From an uncultured Draconibacterium sp. (GTDB taxonomy: Bacteria; Bacteroidota; Bacteroidia; Bacteroidales; Prolixibacteraceae), in assembly GCA_963662825.2 (NCBI GenBank), contig CAXXTY010000001.1, forward strand, positions 739,884 through 803,883: 64,000 bases of DNA. The letters run 5' to 3'. The translations under genes were made by a program, and so were the position numbers. This document shows, piece after piece, positions 20,896 to 30,129 of this stretch (within the stretch, counting starts at the first letter, position 1; each line of letters opens with the position of its first letter). Below the pieces are notes generated by a model. The model was given only the letters and a program-made list of their open reading frames with translations, was not told the DNA's origin and searched no databases.

Positions 20896-21765
20896 TTATA
20901 GAATTCTGAAAATCTTTTCGAGTTTGCGGTTGAACATTTCGGGCGATTCGTTAAAAAACTGTCGCAGCCTTGGCGAAAGTTTTAACAAATTCAATTCGCG
21001 CTGATGCTCGACCTGATTCTCGAGAATCATAATTTCTTCTTCCGAAAAGTCGTATTCTTCCTGGTTTATTTCTTCCATAAAAACAGCCAAATCGTGATCT
21101 TCACCCAGTTGTTCTGTAATTTTATTTAATTGATCCGATTTCATGCGAAAATAACGCGGGTGCATAAATTTGATAAAATCGAGCTGGTACCACAAGCTTT
21201 TCAACGACTTGCGCAGTTCGTGCATGTTTTCAGGATTCGTATCCTGGTCAATCCGTTGGAAGAAATTATAACTTTCGGCGAATCCTTCTGAAATTTGTTT
21301 TTCCATTTGCGAAATTGTGGGTATGTCGATGCCTGCTTTTTCTGGCAACTCATCAAAACTTTTAACAAACTGCAAAATGTTTTCAGACAGGTTATTTCCA
21401 AAATATCCATTTTCAATCAGCGCCCTGTTTTTTTCAAGAAGGTGTTCCCTCGCCTGTTTTGTTTTTCGCTCCGGAATATGACTGTCAACTTCAGTTATCC
21501 GTTCAAAAACCTGTATATTAACGTAAGATTCACGGATGGGCGACAAAATTTTTCCTGCTGCTTTTATTTCTGAATTATACTTTTCAGCATAATTTTCAGG
21601 CGTTTCGATATAAAATTTAAGGAGAGCACGCATTCGTTTAAAAGATTTACGAATTTCATGCACCGAAACGTTGGGTGAAATATTTTCCGACGAACAAAAA
21701 TATTCGATTCTTTCCGTCTGTTTTAAAAATGCTAAAATCAGTCTGTTCCCCGTATCCTGAACCAT
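20896..21765 (-). CDS. CHAD domain-containing protein
   Basis: 289-aa helical protein with a repeated HE[IL]RKSxKxxR signature (VHEIRKSFKRMRALL, MHELRKSLKSLWY). Confidence 0.65.
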   Translation of the reverse strand: MVQDTGNRLILAFLKQTERIEYFCSSENISPNVSVHEIRKSFKRMRALLKFYIETPENYAEKYNSEIKAAGKILSPIRESYVNIQVFERITEVDSHIPERKTKQAREHLLEKNRALIENGYFGNNLSENILQFVKSFDELPEKAGIDIPTISQMEKQISEGFAESYNFFQRIDQDTNPENMHELRKSLKSLWYQLDFIKFMHPRYFRMKSDQLNKITEQLGEDHDLAVFMEEINQEEYDFSEEEIMILENQVEHQRELNLLKLSPRLRQFFNESPEMFNRKLEKIFRIL

Positions 21766-21810
21766 AATTTCATTTTTTTCAGGAAAAACAAAAGTAACAA
21801 AATTTCAAAA

Positions 21811-21840
21811 CAAAAAAGCTGTCCTATTTTGAACAGCTTT
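21811..21840 (-). terminator. Rho-independent terminator after serS
   Basis: On the minus strand, AAAGCTGT / ACAGCTTT stem followed by TTTTTT. Confidence 0.6.
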
Positions 21841-21865
21841 GTATAAGAGCGAAATATCTTTTCTT

Positions 21866-23140
21866 CTAATTAATTAAATCAAATCCGGTGTACGGAATTA
21901 GCGCTTTGGGTATTTTAATTCCTTCCGGAGTCTGGTTGTTCTCGAGCAATGCGGCAACAATTCGCGGCAAAGCGAGCGCACTTCCGTTTAAAGTGTGAGC
22001 CAGTTGCGTTTTTTTTGAAACTTCGTCGCGGTACCGCAGTTTAAGACGGTTGGCCTGAAATGATTCGAAATTCGAAACCGAACTTACTTCAAGCCACATT
22101 TTTTGTGCGGCTGAAAACACTTCAAAATCGTAAGTTAATGCCGAAGTAAAACTCATATCGCCACCACACAAACGCAAAATACGGAAAGGCAGTTCCAGTT
22201 TTTCCACCAGCGTCTGCACGTGATTTACCATTGCTTCAAGTGTTTCGTACGATTTTTCGGGATGTGCAATCTGCACAATTTCCACTTTGTCGAACTGGTG
22301 CAAACGGTTCAATCCGCGAACATCTTTTCCGTACGAACCGGCTTCTCTACGGAAACAGGCACTATACGCTGTATTTTTGTATGGTAAATCTTTGGCTTCG
22401 AGAATTACATCGCGGTAAATGTTGGTTACCGGAACTTCAGCGGTTGGAATGAGATACAAATTATCGAGCGTTGCATGGTACATCTGGCCTTCCTTGTCGG
22501 GCAGCTGCCCTGTTCCAAACCCCGATGCTTCGTTCACCATCAGCGGAGGCTGTACTTCTTCATAACCGGCTTTTGTAGCCTCAGCCAAAAAGAAATTAAT
22601 AAGTGCGCGCTGCAATTGTGCGCCTTTTCCTCGGTACACAGGAAACCCGGCGCCGGTAAGTTTTACACCCAGTTCAAAATCGATGAGGTTGTATTTTGCT
22701 GCCAGTTCCCAGTGAGGAAGCGCATTTTCAGGTAACTCCGGAATTTTTCCCGACTGTTTTACCACCTCGTTGTCTTCGGCGCCTTTTCCAACCGGAACCG
22801 AATCGTGTGGAAGATTGGGCAGCAGAACCAGCAAACTGTTCACTTTTTCTTCAATTTCAGCAAACAGATCATCGTAATTTTTAATGTTCTCCTTAATTTC
22901 GGCAGTACGTGTTTTTGCTGCCTCTGCCTCGTCTTTTTTGCCTTCGCGCATCAGCAAACCAATTTCCTTCGAAATTTTGTTCATTTCTGCTTTGGCCTGA
23001 TCGGCCTGATTTTGCAACTGGTTTTTCTGACGATACAATTCAATTATGGTCGAAACAATTTCCGAGGCATCGAACCTTTTCTTTTTCAATTTTTCGATAA
23101 CCAACTCCGGATTGTCCTGGATGAATTTCAGATTGAGCAT
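21866..23140 (-). CDS. serS: Serine--tRNA ligase
   Basis: 424 aa. N-terminal coiled-coil arm and class II core motifs (FRREAGSYGKDVRGLNRLHQF, GSALA). Confidence 0.95.
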   Translation of the reverse strand: MLNLKFIQDNPELVIEKLKKKRFDASEIVSTIIELYRQKNQLQNQADQAKAEMNKISKEIGLLMREGKKDEAEAAKTRTAEIKENIKNYDDLFAEIEEKVNSLLVLLPNLPHDSVPVGKGAEDNEVVKQSGKIPELPENALPHWELAAKYNLIDFELGVKLTGAGFPVYRGKGAQLQRALINFFLAEATKAGYEEVQPPLMVNEASGFGTGQLPDKEGQMYHATLDNLYLIPTAEVPVTNIYRDVILEAKDLPYKNTAYSACFRREAGSYGKDVRGLNRLHQFDKVEIVQIAHPEKSYETLEAMVNHVQTLVEKLELPFRILRLCGGDMSFTSALTYDFEVFSAAQKMWLEVSSVSNFESFQANRLKLRYRDEVSKKTQLAHTLNGSALALPRIVAALLENNQTPEGIKIPKALIPYTGFDLIN

Positions 23141-23343
23141 ATTAATTTCGTTAAATAAACTGCAAATTTAATAAATGTTGCGGCACAACATCATAATTGA
23201 GTTGTATTTTGAATTGTAATTAAGGGTTAAAGTTTATCAGATTTCAAAACAGAAAAAACGATATGTAAAAATTTTTGATTCCGAAAAATTACCTTTACAA
23301 AAACTAAAACAAAAATAAAATCAATAAAAATGAAAAAACTTTA

Positions 23344-24333
23344 TTGCATATACGAGATACTGCCACTAATATATAAAATGCTATCTTATGGGAAACAGAA
23401 ATGATATGAATATTATCAAATTTATTGAATCCTTTCCTGACGAAGAAAGTTGCAGGGAGCATTTTAAAGGAGTACGTGAGAAGCAAGGTGTTATTTGCAA
23501 AAGATGTGGGTGTACCAAACATTATTGGTTGAAAGCCAAATGGCAGTGGCAGTGTTCAGAATGCCGTTTCAGAACTGGTTTACGAAGCGGTACAATGATG
23601 GAAAATTACAAGCTTCCAATCCGCAAATGGTACCTTGGCATGGCATTTATGAGTTTTAGTAAGAAAGGTATCTCTGCGACAGAGTTGCAACGACAGCTGG
23701 GGCACAGCAGATATGAAACAATTTGGGTTATGATGCACAAGATACGCGAAGCTATGGGCAAGCGTGACAACATGTATGGATTGACCGGGATGGTGGAATT
23801 TGACGAGGCCTATTTTGAAACCGAAACCAGTGAGAAAGACAAGCAAGACTTGAAGCGAGGGAAAGGTAGTCAGCGCCAAATGAACGTTGCCGTTGCAGCA
23901 GAATCAACTCCACTGGAAGACCTTGAATCAGGGAAAAAAGGGAAACATTGCAGGTATTTTAAAATGAAAGTCCTTGATGGGCACACTTCAGATAAAGTCA
24001 ATGAGTTTGTTGAGCAAAATATTGCTGAGGAAAGTATCGTTTTTAGCGATAAAAGTGTAAGCTACATTAATATTGCTGACTTTGTTGAAGTTCACATTAC
24101 AGAGAAATCAACAAATGAGACAACCAAAACAACTTTACAATGGGTACACATAGCAATAAGCAATGCGAAACGTACTCTTTTGGGAATATATCATAAAATT
24201 AAAGGCAAATATTTACAGCTTTACCTTGACGAATTCTGTTATAAGCTGAATCGAAGATATTTTGGCGATAGGCTTTTCGACAGGCTAACCATTGCAGTGG
24301 CTTCGAATTACTGGCATGATAACGGATAAGCAA
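23344..24333 (+). mobile_element. IS1595-family insertion sequence (990 bp) with imperfect terminal inverted repeats and an 8-bp target-site duplication
   Basis: Left end TTGCATATACGAGATACTGCCA. Reverse complement of the right end TTGCTTATCCGTTATCATGCCA (16 of 22 positions match). AAACTTTA lies directly outside both ends, at 23336-23343 and 24334-24341. The element holds a single transposase ORF. Confidence 0.8.
23388..24329 (+). CDS. IS1595-family transposase (N-terminal zinc ribbon plus DDE domain)
   Basis: 313 aa. CKRCGC...CSECRF zinc ribbon, then an ISXO2-like DDE region (VEFDEAYF...). Confidence 0.85.
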   Translation: MGNRNDMNIIKFIESFPDEESCREHFKGVREKQGVICKRCGCTKHYWLKAKWQWQCSECRFRTGLRSGTMMENYKLPIRKWYLGMAFMSFSKKGISATELQRQLGHSRYETIWVMMHKIREAMGKRDNMYGLTGMVEFDEAYFETETSEKDKQDLKRGKGSQRQMNVAVAAESTPLEDLESGKKGKHCRYFKMKVLDGHTSDKVNEFVEQNIAEESIVFSDKSVSYINIADFVEVHITEKSTNETTKTTLQWVHIAISNAKRTLLGIYHKIKGKYLQLYLDEFCYKLNRRYFGDRLFDRLTIAVASNYWHDNG

Positions 24334-25380
24334 AAACTTTATCACTCCATTTTAACCGTATTTCTAATTGTTGGCGCAATTACCAATTCGTATTCACAAC
24401 AGGAAAAAACCGAACGAAAAACCATTCCCGGGATGGGCAATCTTTTAATTCCGCTAGAAATAAAACCGTGCGATAACAGCACCAGTACCGTCCTTGACGG
24501 AATTTCGAGTGAAAACCGGATGATTCAGTCGGTGCCTGAAAATGTAAGTTTGATTGAAAATGTAGTTTTTCACGAAACCAAAAGTTCCGATGGAAATCCC
24601 ATGTCGATGAAAATGGACATTGTACGTCCAAAAGATAACAAAAAATACCCTTGTGTAATTTTTATTACGGGCGGCGGTTTTATGTTTGCTCCCAAAAACA
24701 GCAGTTTATACAACCGAGTACAAATTGCATCGGCGGGTTATGTGGTTTGTAGTATTGAATACCACGTGGTTTCGAACGGTTTGTTCAGCGATGCGGTAAA
24801 AGATGTAAAAGCTGCAATCCGGTTTATGCGTGCCAATGCTGAAAAATATGCAATCGACCAAAAACACATTGCCGTTTGGGGCGAATCGGCCGGAGGTTAT
24901 TTAACTGCCATGACCGGAACCACCAACGGAGTAAAAGATTTTGAAGAAGGAGAAAACCTGGATCAGAGTAGCGATGTTCAGGCTGCAATCGATGTTTACG
25001 GATTGTCGGATCTTACAAAAATTGGCGCCGATTACGACAAGGAAGCCGAAGAAGCACATTTTACCACCGATGCTCCGGAAGCAGGTTTTGTACACGGCAA
25101 AAACAGCGGATTAACCATTCTCGACAAACCGGAAGTGGTTGCCAAATCGAATCCGGTAAATTATGTCGATAAAAACGACCCTCCTTTTCTTTTTATTCAT
25201 GGAACAGCGGATGCACTGGTTTCGCCGAGCCAGACAGTTCTGGTGCACAGCGCATTATTGAAAGCTGGGGTAAATTCAACGCGTTACGCCATTACCGGCG
25301 CCAACCACGGTGGCGGCCATTTTTCCGACCCAAAAGTGATTCAGATAATGATTGATTTTCTGGATAAAAACCTGAAATAA
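24316..25380 (+). CDS. Secreted alpha/beta-hydrolase (carboxylesterase/lipase-like); 5' end displaced by the IS, current start supplied by the IS right end
   Basis: Nucleophile elbow GESAGG and an FIHGTAD block. The native ATGAAAAAACTTTA is stranded at 23330-23343. An in-frame ATG at 24316 inside the IS gives MITDKQKLYHS... in place of MKKLYHS... Confidence 0.75.
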   Translation: MITDKQKLYHSILTVFLIVGAITNSYSQQEKTERKTIPGMGNLLIPLEIKPCDNSTSTVLDGISSENRMIQSVPENVSLIENVVFHETKSSDGNPMSMKMDIVRPKDNKKYPCVIFITGGGFMFAPKNSSLYNRVQIASAGYVVCSIEYHVVSNGLFSDAVKDVKAAIRFMRANAEKYAIDQKHIAVWGESAGGYLTAMTGTTNGVKDFEEGENLDQSSDVQAAIDVYGLSDLTKIGADYDKEAEEAHFTTDAPEAGFVHGKNSGLTILDKPEVVAKSNPVNYVDKNDPPFLFIHGTADALVSPSQTVLVHSALLKAGVNSTRYAITGANHGGGHFSDPKVIQIMIDFLDKNLK

Positions 25381-25395
25381 GAGCTTCTATAAAAT

Positions 25396-25431
25396 GGATG
25401 CTATCTTCAATGAAAAGATAGCATCCTTTTC
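25396..25431 (+). terminator. Rho-independent terminator after the hydrolase gene
   Basis: Perfect 12-bp stem GGATGCTATCTT / AAGATAGCATCC, 7-nt loop, then TTTT. Confidence 0.8.
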
Positions 25432-25451
25432 TTTATCAAAAATTTGACAAA

Positions 25452-25485
25452 AAAAAACTTCTGCTGAAAACGACAGAAGTTTTTA
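25452..25485 (-). terminator. Rho-independent terminator after rpmA
   Basis: On the minus strand, ACTTCTG / CAGAAGT stem followed by TTTTTTT. Confidence 0.65.
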
Positions 25486-25506
25486 ATATTTTAAGTAAAT
25501 CAGTTT

Positions 25507-26106
25507 TTACTTTTCGAGACCGCCGTTCAACCGATCCTGCAACTCTTTTAATTCATCCCATTTTCCATCGGCGGCAAGTTTTGCCTGCTGTGGCCATGTT
25601 GACGGATTTTTAGAGGCATAACGACTTCCTGCATTTGCAAGAATCTCTTTCAGTTGATCAACCGAAGCTTCTGCTAAACCTGCATAAGTAACAATACCTG
25701 CTTCGTTGAAAATTTCAGCGATTTTAGGTCCAATCCCTTCGATTTTTTTCAGGTCGTCGCCCTGCGTTTCTGTTTTTGGAGCTTCCACTTTTGGTTCAGC
25801 CTTTTTTACCGGTTTTTCTTCAACAACCGGAGCTTCTGCAACAGCCACTTCAACAACCGGTTCAACCGATACGTAAGAGCGGTTTTTCATTTTCTTTTTG
25901 AAAACTACAGTTCCGTCGATCAATGCGAAAAGGGTATGATCTTTTCCCATTCCAACATTTTCACCCGGATTGTGAGTTGTTCCACGCTGGCGAACTAAAA
26001 TATTACCAGCTTTTGCAAACTGACCTCCGTAAATTTTTACTCCAAGTCGTTTACTTTCCGATTCGCGTCCGTTCTTCGAACTACCTACACCTTTCTTATG
26101 AGCCAT
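25507..26106 (-). CDS. rpmA: 50S ribosomal protein L27 fused to a C-terminal helix-hairpin-helix extension
   Basis: Residues 1-85 ([24 protein letters not shown]...) are a canonical full-length L27. About 114 more residues follow with no stop: a Pro/Glu/Lys/Val linker, then [29 protein letters not shown]... Confidence 0.9.
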   Translation of the reverse strand: MAHKKGVGSSKNGRESESKRLGVKIYGGQFAKAGNILVRQRGTTHNPGENVGMGKDHTLFALIDGTVVFKKKMKNRSYVSVEPVVEVAVAEAPVVEEKPVKKAEPKVEAPKTETQGDDLKKIEGIGPKIAEIFNEAGIVTYAGLAEASVDQLKEILANAGSRYASKNPSTWPQQAKLAADGKWDELKELQDRLNGGLEK

Positions 26107-26122
26107 GGTAAATTTTTTTTAG

Positions 26123-26434
26123 TTATCCAACAATTGTTTCAACCTGAATTTGTGTGAACTGTTGACGGTGACCATTCATTTTCTGGTATGTTTTTCTTCT
26201 TTTCTTTTTGAAAACAAGAACTTTTTCACCTTTCACATGCTGCAGCACTTTGGCTGTAACTTTTGCACCTTTTACGGTGGGAGTGCCAACGGCTACTTTC
26301 CCGTCGTTGTCAACAAGCAAAACTTTTTCAAATTCTACTGAATCACCTTCGTTTAATTCGAGGTGATGTACGAAAAGTTTCTTGTCTTTTTCCACTTTGA
26401 ATTGCTGTCCTGCAATTTCAACAATAGCGTACAT
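26123..26434 (-). CDS. rplU: 50S ribosomal protein L21
   Basis: [20 protein letters not shown]... is a canonical L21 N-terminus. The 157-aa track ORF is an upstream over-extension. Confidence 0.9.
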   Translation of the reverse strand: MYAIVEIAGQQFKVEKDKKLFVHHLELNEGDSVEFEKVLLVDNDGKVAVGTPTVKGAKVTAKVLQHVKGEKVLVFKKKRRKTYQKMNGHRQQFTQIQVETIVG

Positions 26435-26519
26435 AATTTCAATTTTAATGTTTACACCGTCAGGCGGGAATCTCGCTTGTTTCCTCTTTTTTGGCCTGAA
26501 CGATTCAAAATTCGGACTG

Positions 26520-26550
26520 CAAAAGTAGTTATTTTTAGATATTTGACAAA
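26520..26550 (-). promoter_or_regulatory. Bacteroidota-type sigma-A promoter for rplU-rpmA
   Basis: Minus strand reads TTTG-(19 nt)-TACTTTTG, matching the TTTG / TAnnTTTG (-33/-7) consensus. It lies about 85 nt upstream of the rplU ATG. Confidence 0.55.
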
Positions 26551-26691
26551 TTAATGCCAAATTATTTCTCAATGAAATAACCTTTTTCTGAACCAATAAA
26601 AAATCGATTCTTGTTGTGGTTCCAATTGCTCAAATTGTGCGTATTTCTTTCAGAACGATAAAAACGACCTTGCTTTCTGACTGAATAAAAT

Positions 26692-27426
26692 TCAGAAACC
26701 AATTTTTTTCAAAATAAAAACAAGCAATACAAAACCAAAAACAAGTACAAGACCTAAAAGTAATTTGTTGGTACGATCTTGCTTTTGCTGATTTTCTATG
26801 TGTTGCGAAACCGAGGCGAAAACATTGTCGTTCATTTCCGACAAACAGGTTTCGAGATGTTTGATGTTGTATTTTACCTGCCCGTAATTTGCCGCAAAAT
26901 TTACAACTATTCCGATAATACAAAACACAACAAACACAAATACATCCATGTTGTCGAGTGGCCGTACTTTTCCGTAAACGGCATAAAAATAAACCAGCGA
27001 ACCGGCAATAAAAAAGAAAAGATAAGTTGATGCCACCGACAAGACCGCGGTAAAAAAACGGCTTCGTAAAAAAGTAAGAATGCCCGAAAGTTTTTCACGC
27101 GTGTTTTGAGCATAATCCGACACTTTGGAAAATCTCTTCAAAACAATAAATTCATACCAAATGAGCGGTGCCACTAAAACAATTCCAGCAACACATACAT
27201 AAAACACATTCAATTGAATTTTTACAAACAGAACGGCGTTTACCACCAGGACCAAAACAACCAGCAATTTTAATGCAACATCGAATTGGAGCATTTTTGA
27301 TATTTTGCCGGCTACTGAGTTCGAACGGGAATTCAGAAACCGTTCAATGGTTTCACTTTCGTACCCCGGAACTCCGGCATAGTTTCCCGCATTTTTCCAC
27401 ATTTCCTTCAATTTTTCTTCGTACAT
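26692..27426 (-). CDS. Hypothetical multi-pass membrane protein co-transcribed with an ECF sigma factor (candidate anti-sigma)
   Basis: 244 aa. Soluble N-terminal segment of about 45 aa, then several TM helices. Its start overlaps the sigma gene stop by 19 nt. Confidence 0.5.
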   Translation of the reverse strand: MYEEKLKEMWKNAGNYAGVPGYESETIERFLNSRSNSVAGKISKMLQFDVALKLLVVLVLVVNAVLFVKIQLNVFYVCVAGIVLVAPLIWYEFIVLKRFSKVSDYAQNTREKLSGILTFLRSRFFTAVLSVASTYLFFFIAGSLVYFYAVYGKVRPLDNMDVFVFVVFCIIGIVVNFAANYGQVKYNIKHLETCLSEMNDNVFASVSQHIENQQKQDRTNKLLLGLVLVFGFVLLVFILKKIGF

Positions 27427-27932
27427 GACTCTTGTTTAATTGTTTCAGTGACTAACTCTTCCAGTTTTTTCTTAATTCGCATGAGTTTCACGCTGACATT
27501 CGATTTTGAAAGCCCGGTTACCAATGCAATTTCATCGTAACTTTTTTCGTCGAGCCATAGCAAAATAAGTGCTTTATCAATTCGGTTCAATTTTGAAACA
27601 GCAGCATACAATTGACTGATGTTTTCACCATCGGGCATTGGTTCAGCCGCAATTTGTGTGTAATTGTTCAAGGGAACTGAATCGGGTTGCTTTTTCATTT
27701 TTCTGGCATTGCTTATGGCTGTATTCAGTGCAACGCGGTACATCCAGGTACTAAACTTCGATTCTTCTCTGAATTGGGAATACGAACGCCAAAGCTGAAG
27801 ACAAATCTCCTGAAACAAATCTTCGCGATCGTCCGGATTACCGGTATAAACCAAAGTAATTTTATGAATGATTCCCTGGTGTTGTTCAATCAATCTGCTG
27901 AACTCTTTTTTATTTCTTTTTTCCAGTTGCAT
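27408..27932 (-). CDS. RNA polymerase ECF-type sigma-70 factor
   Basis: 174 aa. Region 2 (DREDLFQEICLQLWRSYSQF, STWMYRVALNTAI) and a region 4 HTH. Confidence 0.85.
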   Translation of the reverse strand: MQLEKRNKKEFSRLIEQHQGIIHKITLVYTGNPDDREDLFQEICLQLWRSYSQFREESKFSTWMYRVALNTAISNARKMKKQPDSVPLNNYTQIAAEPMPDGENISQLYAAVSKLNRIDKALILLWLDEKSYDEIALVTGLSKSNVSVKLMRIKKKLEELVTETIKQESCTKKN

Positions 27933-28112
27933 CTTTTTTGTATTGAACCATTAGTCGAAGGATCAAAGGAAAAACTACACTAAAATAAGGTTATCTGAAT
28001 TTTTTCTATGAAAATTAATTCCTGAAATAAAACAGCTTTTGATTTTCGGTATTAACCAAAAATGATTGTTATATTTGCTTTCACAGTAAAAAAAACAGGC
28101 CTGATTTTTAAC

Positions 28113-28706
28113 ATGCAAAAGATTCGTTTGAACATTTTGGGGCTTTCGGTAAGTCAGACACAGTCAGGTGCTTATGCGCTTGTACTTGCAGAAGAAAATG
28201 GCGACAGAAGAATTCCGATAATAATTGGGCCTGTGGAAGCACAAGCAATTGCCATTCAGTTGGAAGGACTGAAACCACCACGCCCGTTAACGCACGACCT
28301 TATAAAAAATATTGCACTTGCTTTTAATATTGCACTGCTCGAAGTAACCATTTACAAACTTGAAGAAGGTATTTTTTATTCGGAACTTACCTGTGAAATG
28401 GATGGAAAAGAGATTAAAGTTGATTCCAGAACTTCTGATGCGGTAGCACTGGCATTGCGTTTTCGTTGCCCCATTTACACAACCGAAGATATTTTAAAAA
28501 AGGCTGGAATTGTGCTTGAAATTGAAGATGAAAATTCACCGGTACGTAGTTTTGCCGATGAAGAGGAATTTGATGAACCGGAAAATACAACTTATTCACA
28601 ATATTCTTTCAGCGAGCTTAGTGAAATGCTCAACGAAGCCATTCAAAATGAAGATTATGAAAAAGCTTCCGTTATCAGGGATGAATTAAAGAAAAGAGAA
28701 AAATAG
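28113..28706 (+). CDS. Bifunctional nuclease family protein (DUF151) with a C-terminal UVR motif
   Basis: GAYALVLAEENGDRRIPIIIGPVEAQAIA is the DUF151 signature, and the C-terminus has YEKASVIRDELKKRE (UvrB/C motif). Start trimmed to MQKIRLNI. Confidence 0.8.
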   Translation: MQKIRLNILGLSVSQTQSGAYALVLAEENGDRRIPIIIGPVEAQAIAIQLEGLKPPRPLTHDLIKNIALAFNIALLEVTIYKLEEGIFYSELTCEMDGKEIKVDSRTSDAVALALRFRCPIYTTEDILKKAGIVLEIEDENSPVRSFADEEEFDEPENTTYSQYSFSELSEMLNEAIQNEDYEKASVIRDELKKREK

Positions 28707-28716
28707 CACGAAAATT

Positions 28717-29994
28717 ATGTCAATAAAATTAAGGTTGATCGTGATGAACTTCCTGCAATTTGCTGTGTGGGGAGCTTATCTTACTTCGATGGGAAATTAC
28801 CTCGGTAAAATTGGATTAGCATCCGACATCGGACTTTTTTATGCCATGCAAGGCATTGTATCAATTTTTATGCCTGCCATTTTAGGAATTGTTGCCGACC
28901 GCTGGATTCCGGTACAAAAACTGCTGGGAATAAGCCATGCCCTTGCCGCCGGTTTTATTTTTGCTGCCGGTTATTACGGAATGCAGGCAGGAGAAAATGC
29001 CCAGTTTACTGTACTTTTTACTTTGTATTCGCTGAGTGTTGCTTTTTATATGCCCACCATTGCGTTATCAAATTCAACTGCTTACAATATTTTGGTTCGT
29101 TTTAACTTCGACACGATAAAGGCATTTCCACCAATTCGTACTTTTGGCACCATTGGTTTTATCTGTGCCATGTTGTTTGTCGATTTCACCGGATTTCAAA
29201 ACAACCAAATGCAGTTTTTTGTATCGGCTGTTTTAGGAATTTTATTGTTCTTATACTCGTTTACTTTACCCGATTGCCCGGTGAATAAAAGCGGCGAGAA
29301 AAAATCGCTTTACGACGCTTTGGGTTTAAAAGCATTTAGCCTCTTCAAAAATAAAAAGATGGCTGTTTTTTTTATCTTTTCGATGTTGCTGGGTGTGTCG
29401 CTACAAATTACAAATGGTTACGCCAACCCGTTTATTACAAGTTTTAAAAATATTCCGGGATTCACAACAACCTGGGGCGCCAACCATGCCAATGCACTTA
29501 TTTCGTTGTCGCAGGTTTCCGAAACGCTTTGCATTTTGCTTATTCCTTTCTTTCTGAAAAGATTTGGAATAAAAAAAGTGATGCTCATGTCGATGTTTGC
29601 CTGGTTTTTACGTTTTGGTTTTTTTGGTGTTGGAAACCCGGGAGGCGGTGTTTGGATGTTTGTTTCGTCGATGATTGTGTACGGAATTGCATTCGATTTT
29701 TTCAATGTTTCGGGCTCTTTGTTTGTCGATAAGGAAACCGACAAAAGTATCCGTTCAAGTGCGCAGGGCGTTTTTATGATGATGACCAACGGTTTTGGTG
29801 CAACCCTCGGAATGCTTGCCGCCGGAAAAATTGTTAACCACTTTGTTTTTTCGCATACAAATCCGGTGGAACAACTTGAAGGATGGAGAACTTCGTGGTA
29901 TATTTTTTCGGGTTATGCTTTTGTGGTTGCATTATTATTTGCTGTTATTTTCAAATACAAACACAGTGCTGAAGAAACCAACAAACCCAGTTAA
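28717..29994 (+). CDS. Nucleoside:H+ symporter (NupG/XapB-like MFS permease)
   Basis: 425 aa, 12-TM. N-terminus LRLIVMNFLQFAVWGAYLTSMGNYL resembles NupG. Confidence 0.8.
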   Translation: MSIKLRLIVMNFLQFAVWGAYLTSMGNYLGKIGLASDIGLFYAMQGIVSIFMPAILGIVADRWIPVQKLLGISHALAAGFIFAAGYYGMQAGENAQFTVLFTLYSLSVAFYMPTIALSNSTAYNILVRFNFDTIKAFPPIRTFGTIGFICAMLFVDFTGFQNNQMQFFVSAVLGILLFLYSFTLPDCPVNKSGEKKSLYDALGLKAFSLFKNKKMAVFFIFSMLLGVSLQITNGYANPFITSFKNIPGFTTTWGANHANALISLSQVSETLCILLIPFFLKRFGIKKVMLMSMFAWFLRFGFFGVGNPGGGVWMFVSSMIVYGIAFDFFNVSGSLFVDKETDKSIRSSAQGVFMMMTNGFGATLGMLAAGKIVNHFVFSHTNPVEQLEGWRTSWYIFSGYAFVVALLFAVIFKYKHSAEETNKPS

Positions 29995-30066
29995 CCAAAA
30001 TATTTCGAGAAATTATTTGAAAAATATTTGTTCGCAATTTATTTTCAACAAAATACAAATACAAAA

Positions 30067-30090
30067 AAAGGCTGTCCACCGACAGCCTTT
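30067..30090. terminator. Bidirectional hairpin terminator between convergent genes
   Basis: AAAGGCTGTC-CACC-GACAGCCTTT, flanked by A runs upstream and T/A runs downstream. Confidence 0.7.
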
Positions 30091-30129
30091 AAAAATTCTA
30101 ACTAAACTAAACCATTTGCGTTGTGACAA

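Noticed and set aside
23334-23344. 11-nt direct repeat AAAAACTTTAT, also at 24332-24342, as a possible longer target duplication
   Set aside because: The register relative to the inverted repeats supports an 8-bp duplication (AAACTTTA), which is the length expected for the IS1595 family. The extra matching bases belong to the inverted repeat or flank by chance.
24292-24315. The upstream ATG at 24292 as the start of an independent gene overlapping the transposase
   Set aside because: Both ATGs lie inside the IS. The reading frame only makes biological sense as read-through into the displaced hydrolase ORF, and 24316 gives the shorter and more plausible signal-peptide N-region.
26435-26596. 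N-terminal 54-aa extension of the L21 ORF, with similar upstream extensions at 7592-7663, 10721-10831, 12141-12323, 28062-28112, 31155-31208 and 46345-46374
   Set aside because: In each case the canonical protein N-terminus or signal peptide begins at an internal ATG. The extensions overlap promoters or neighbouring genes.
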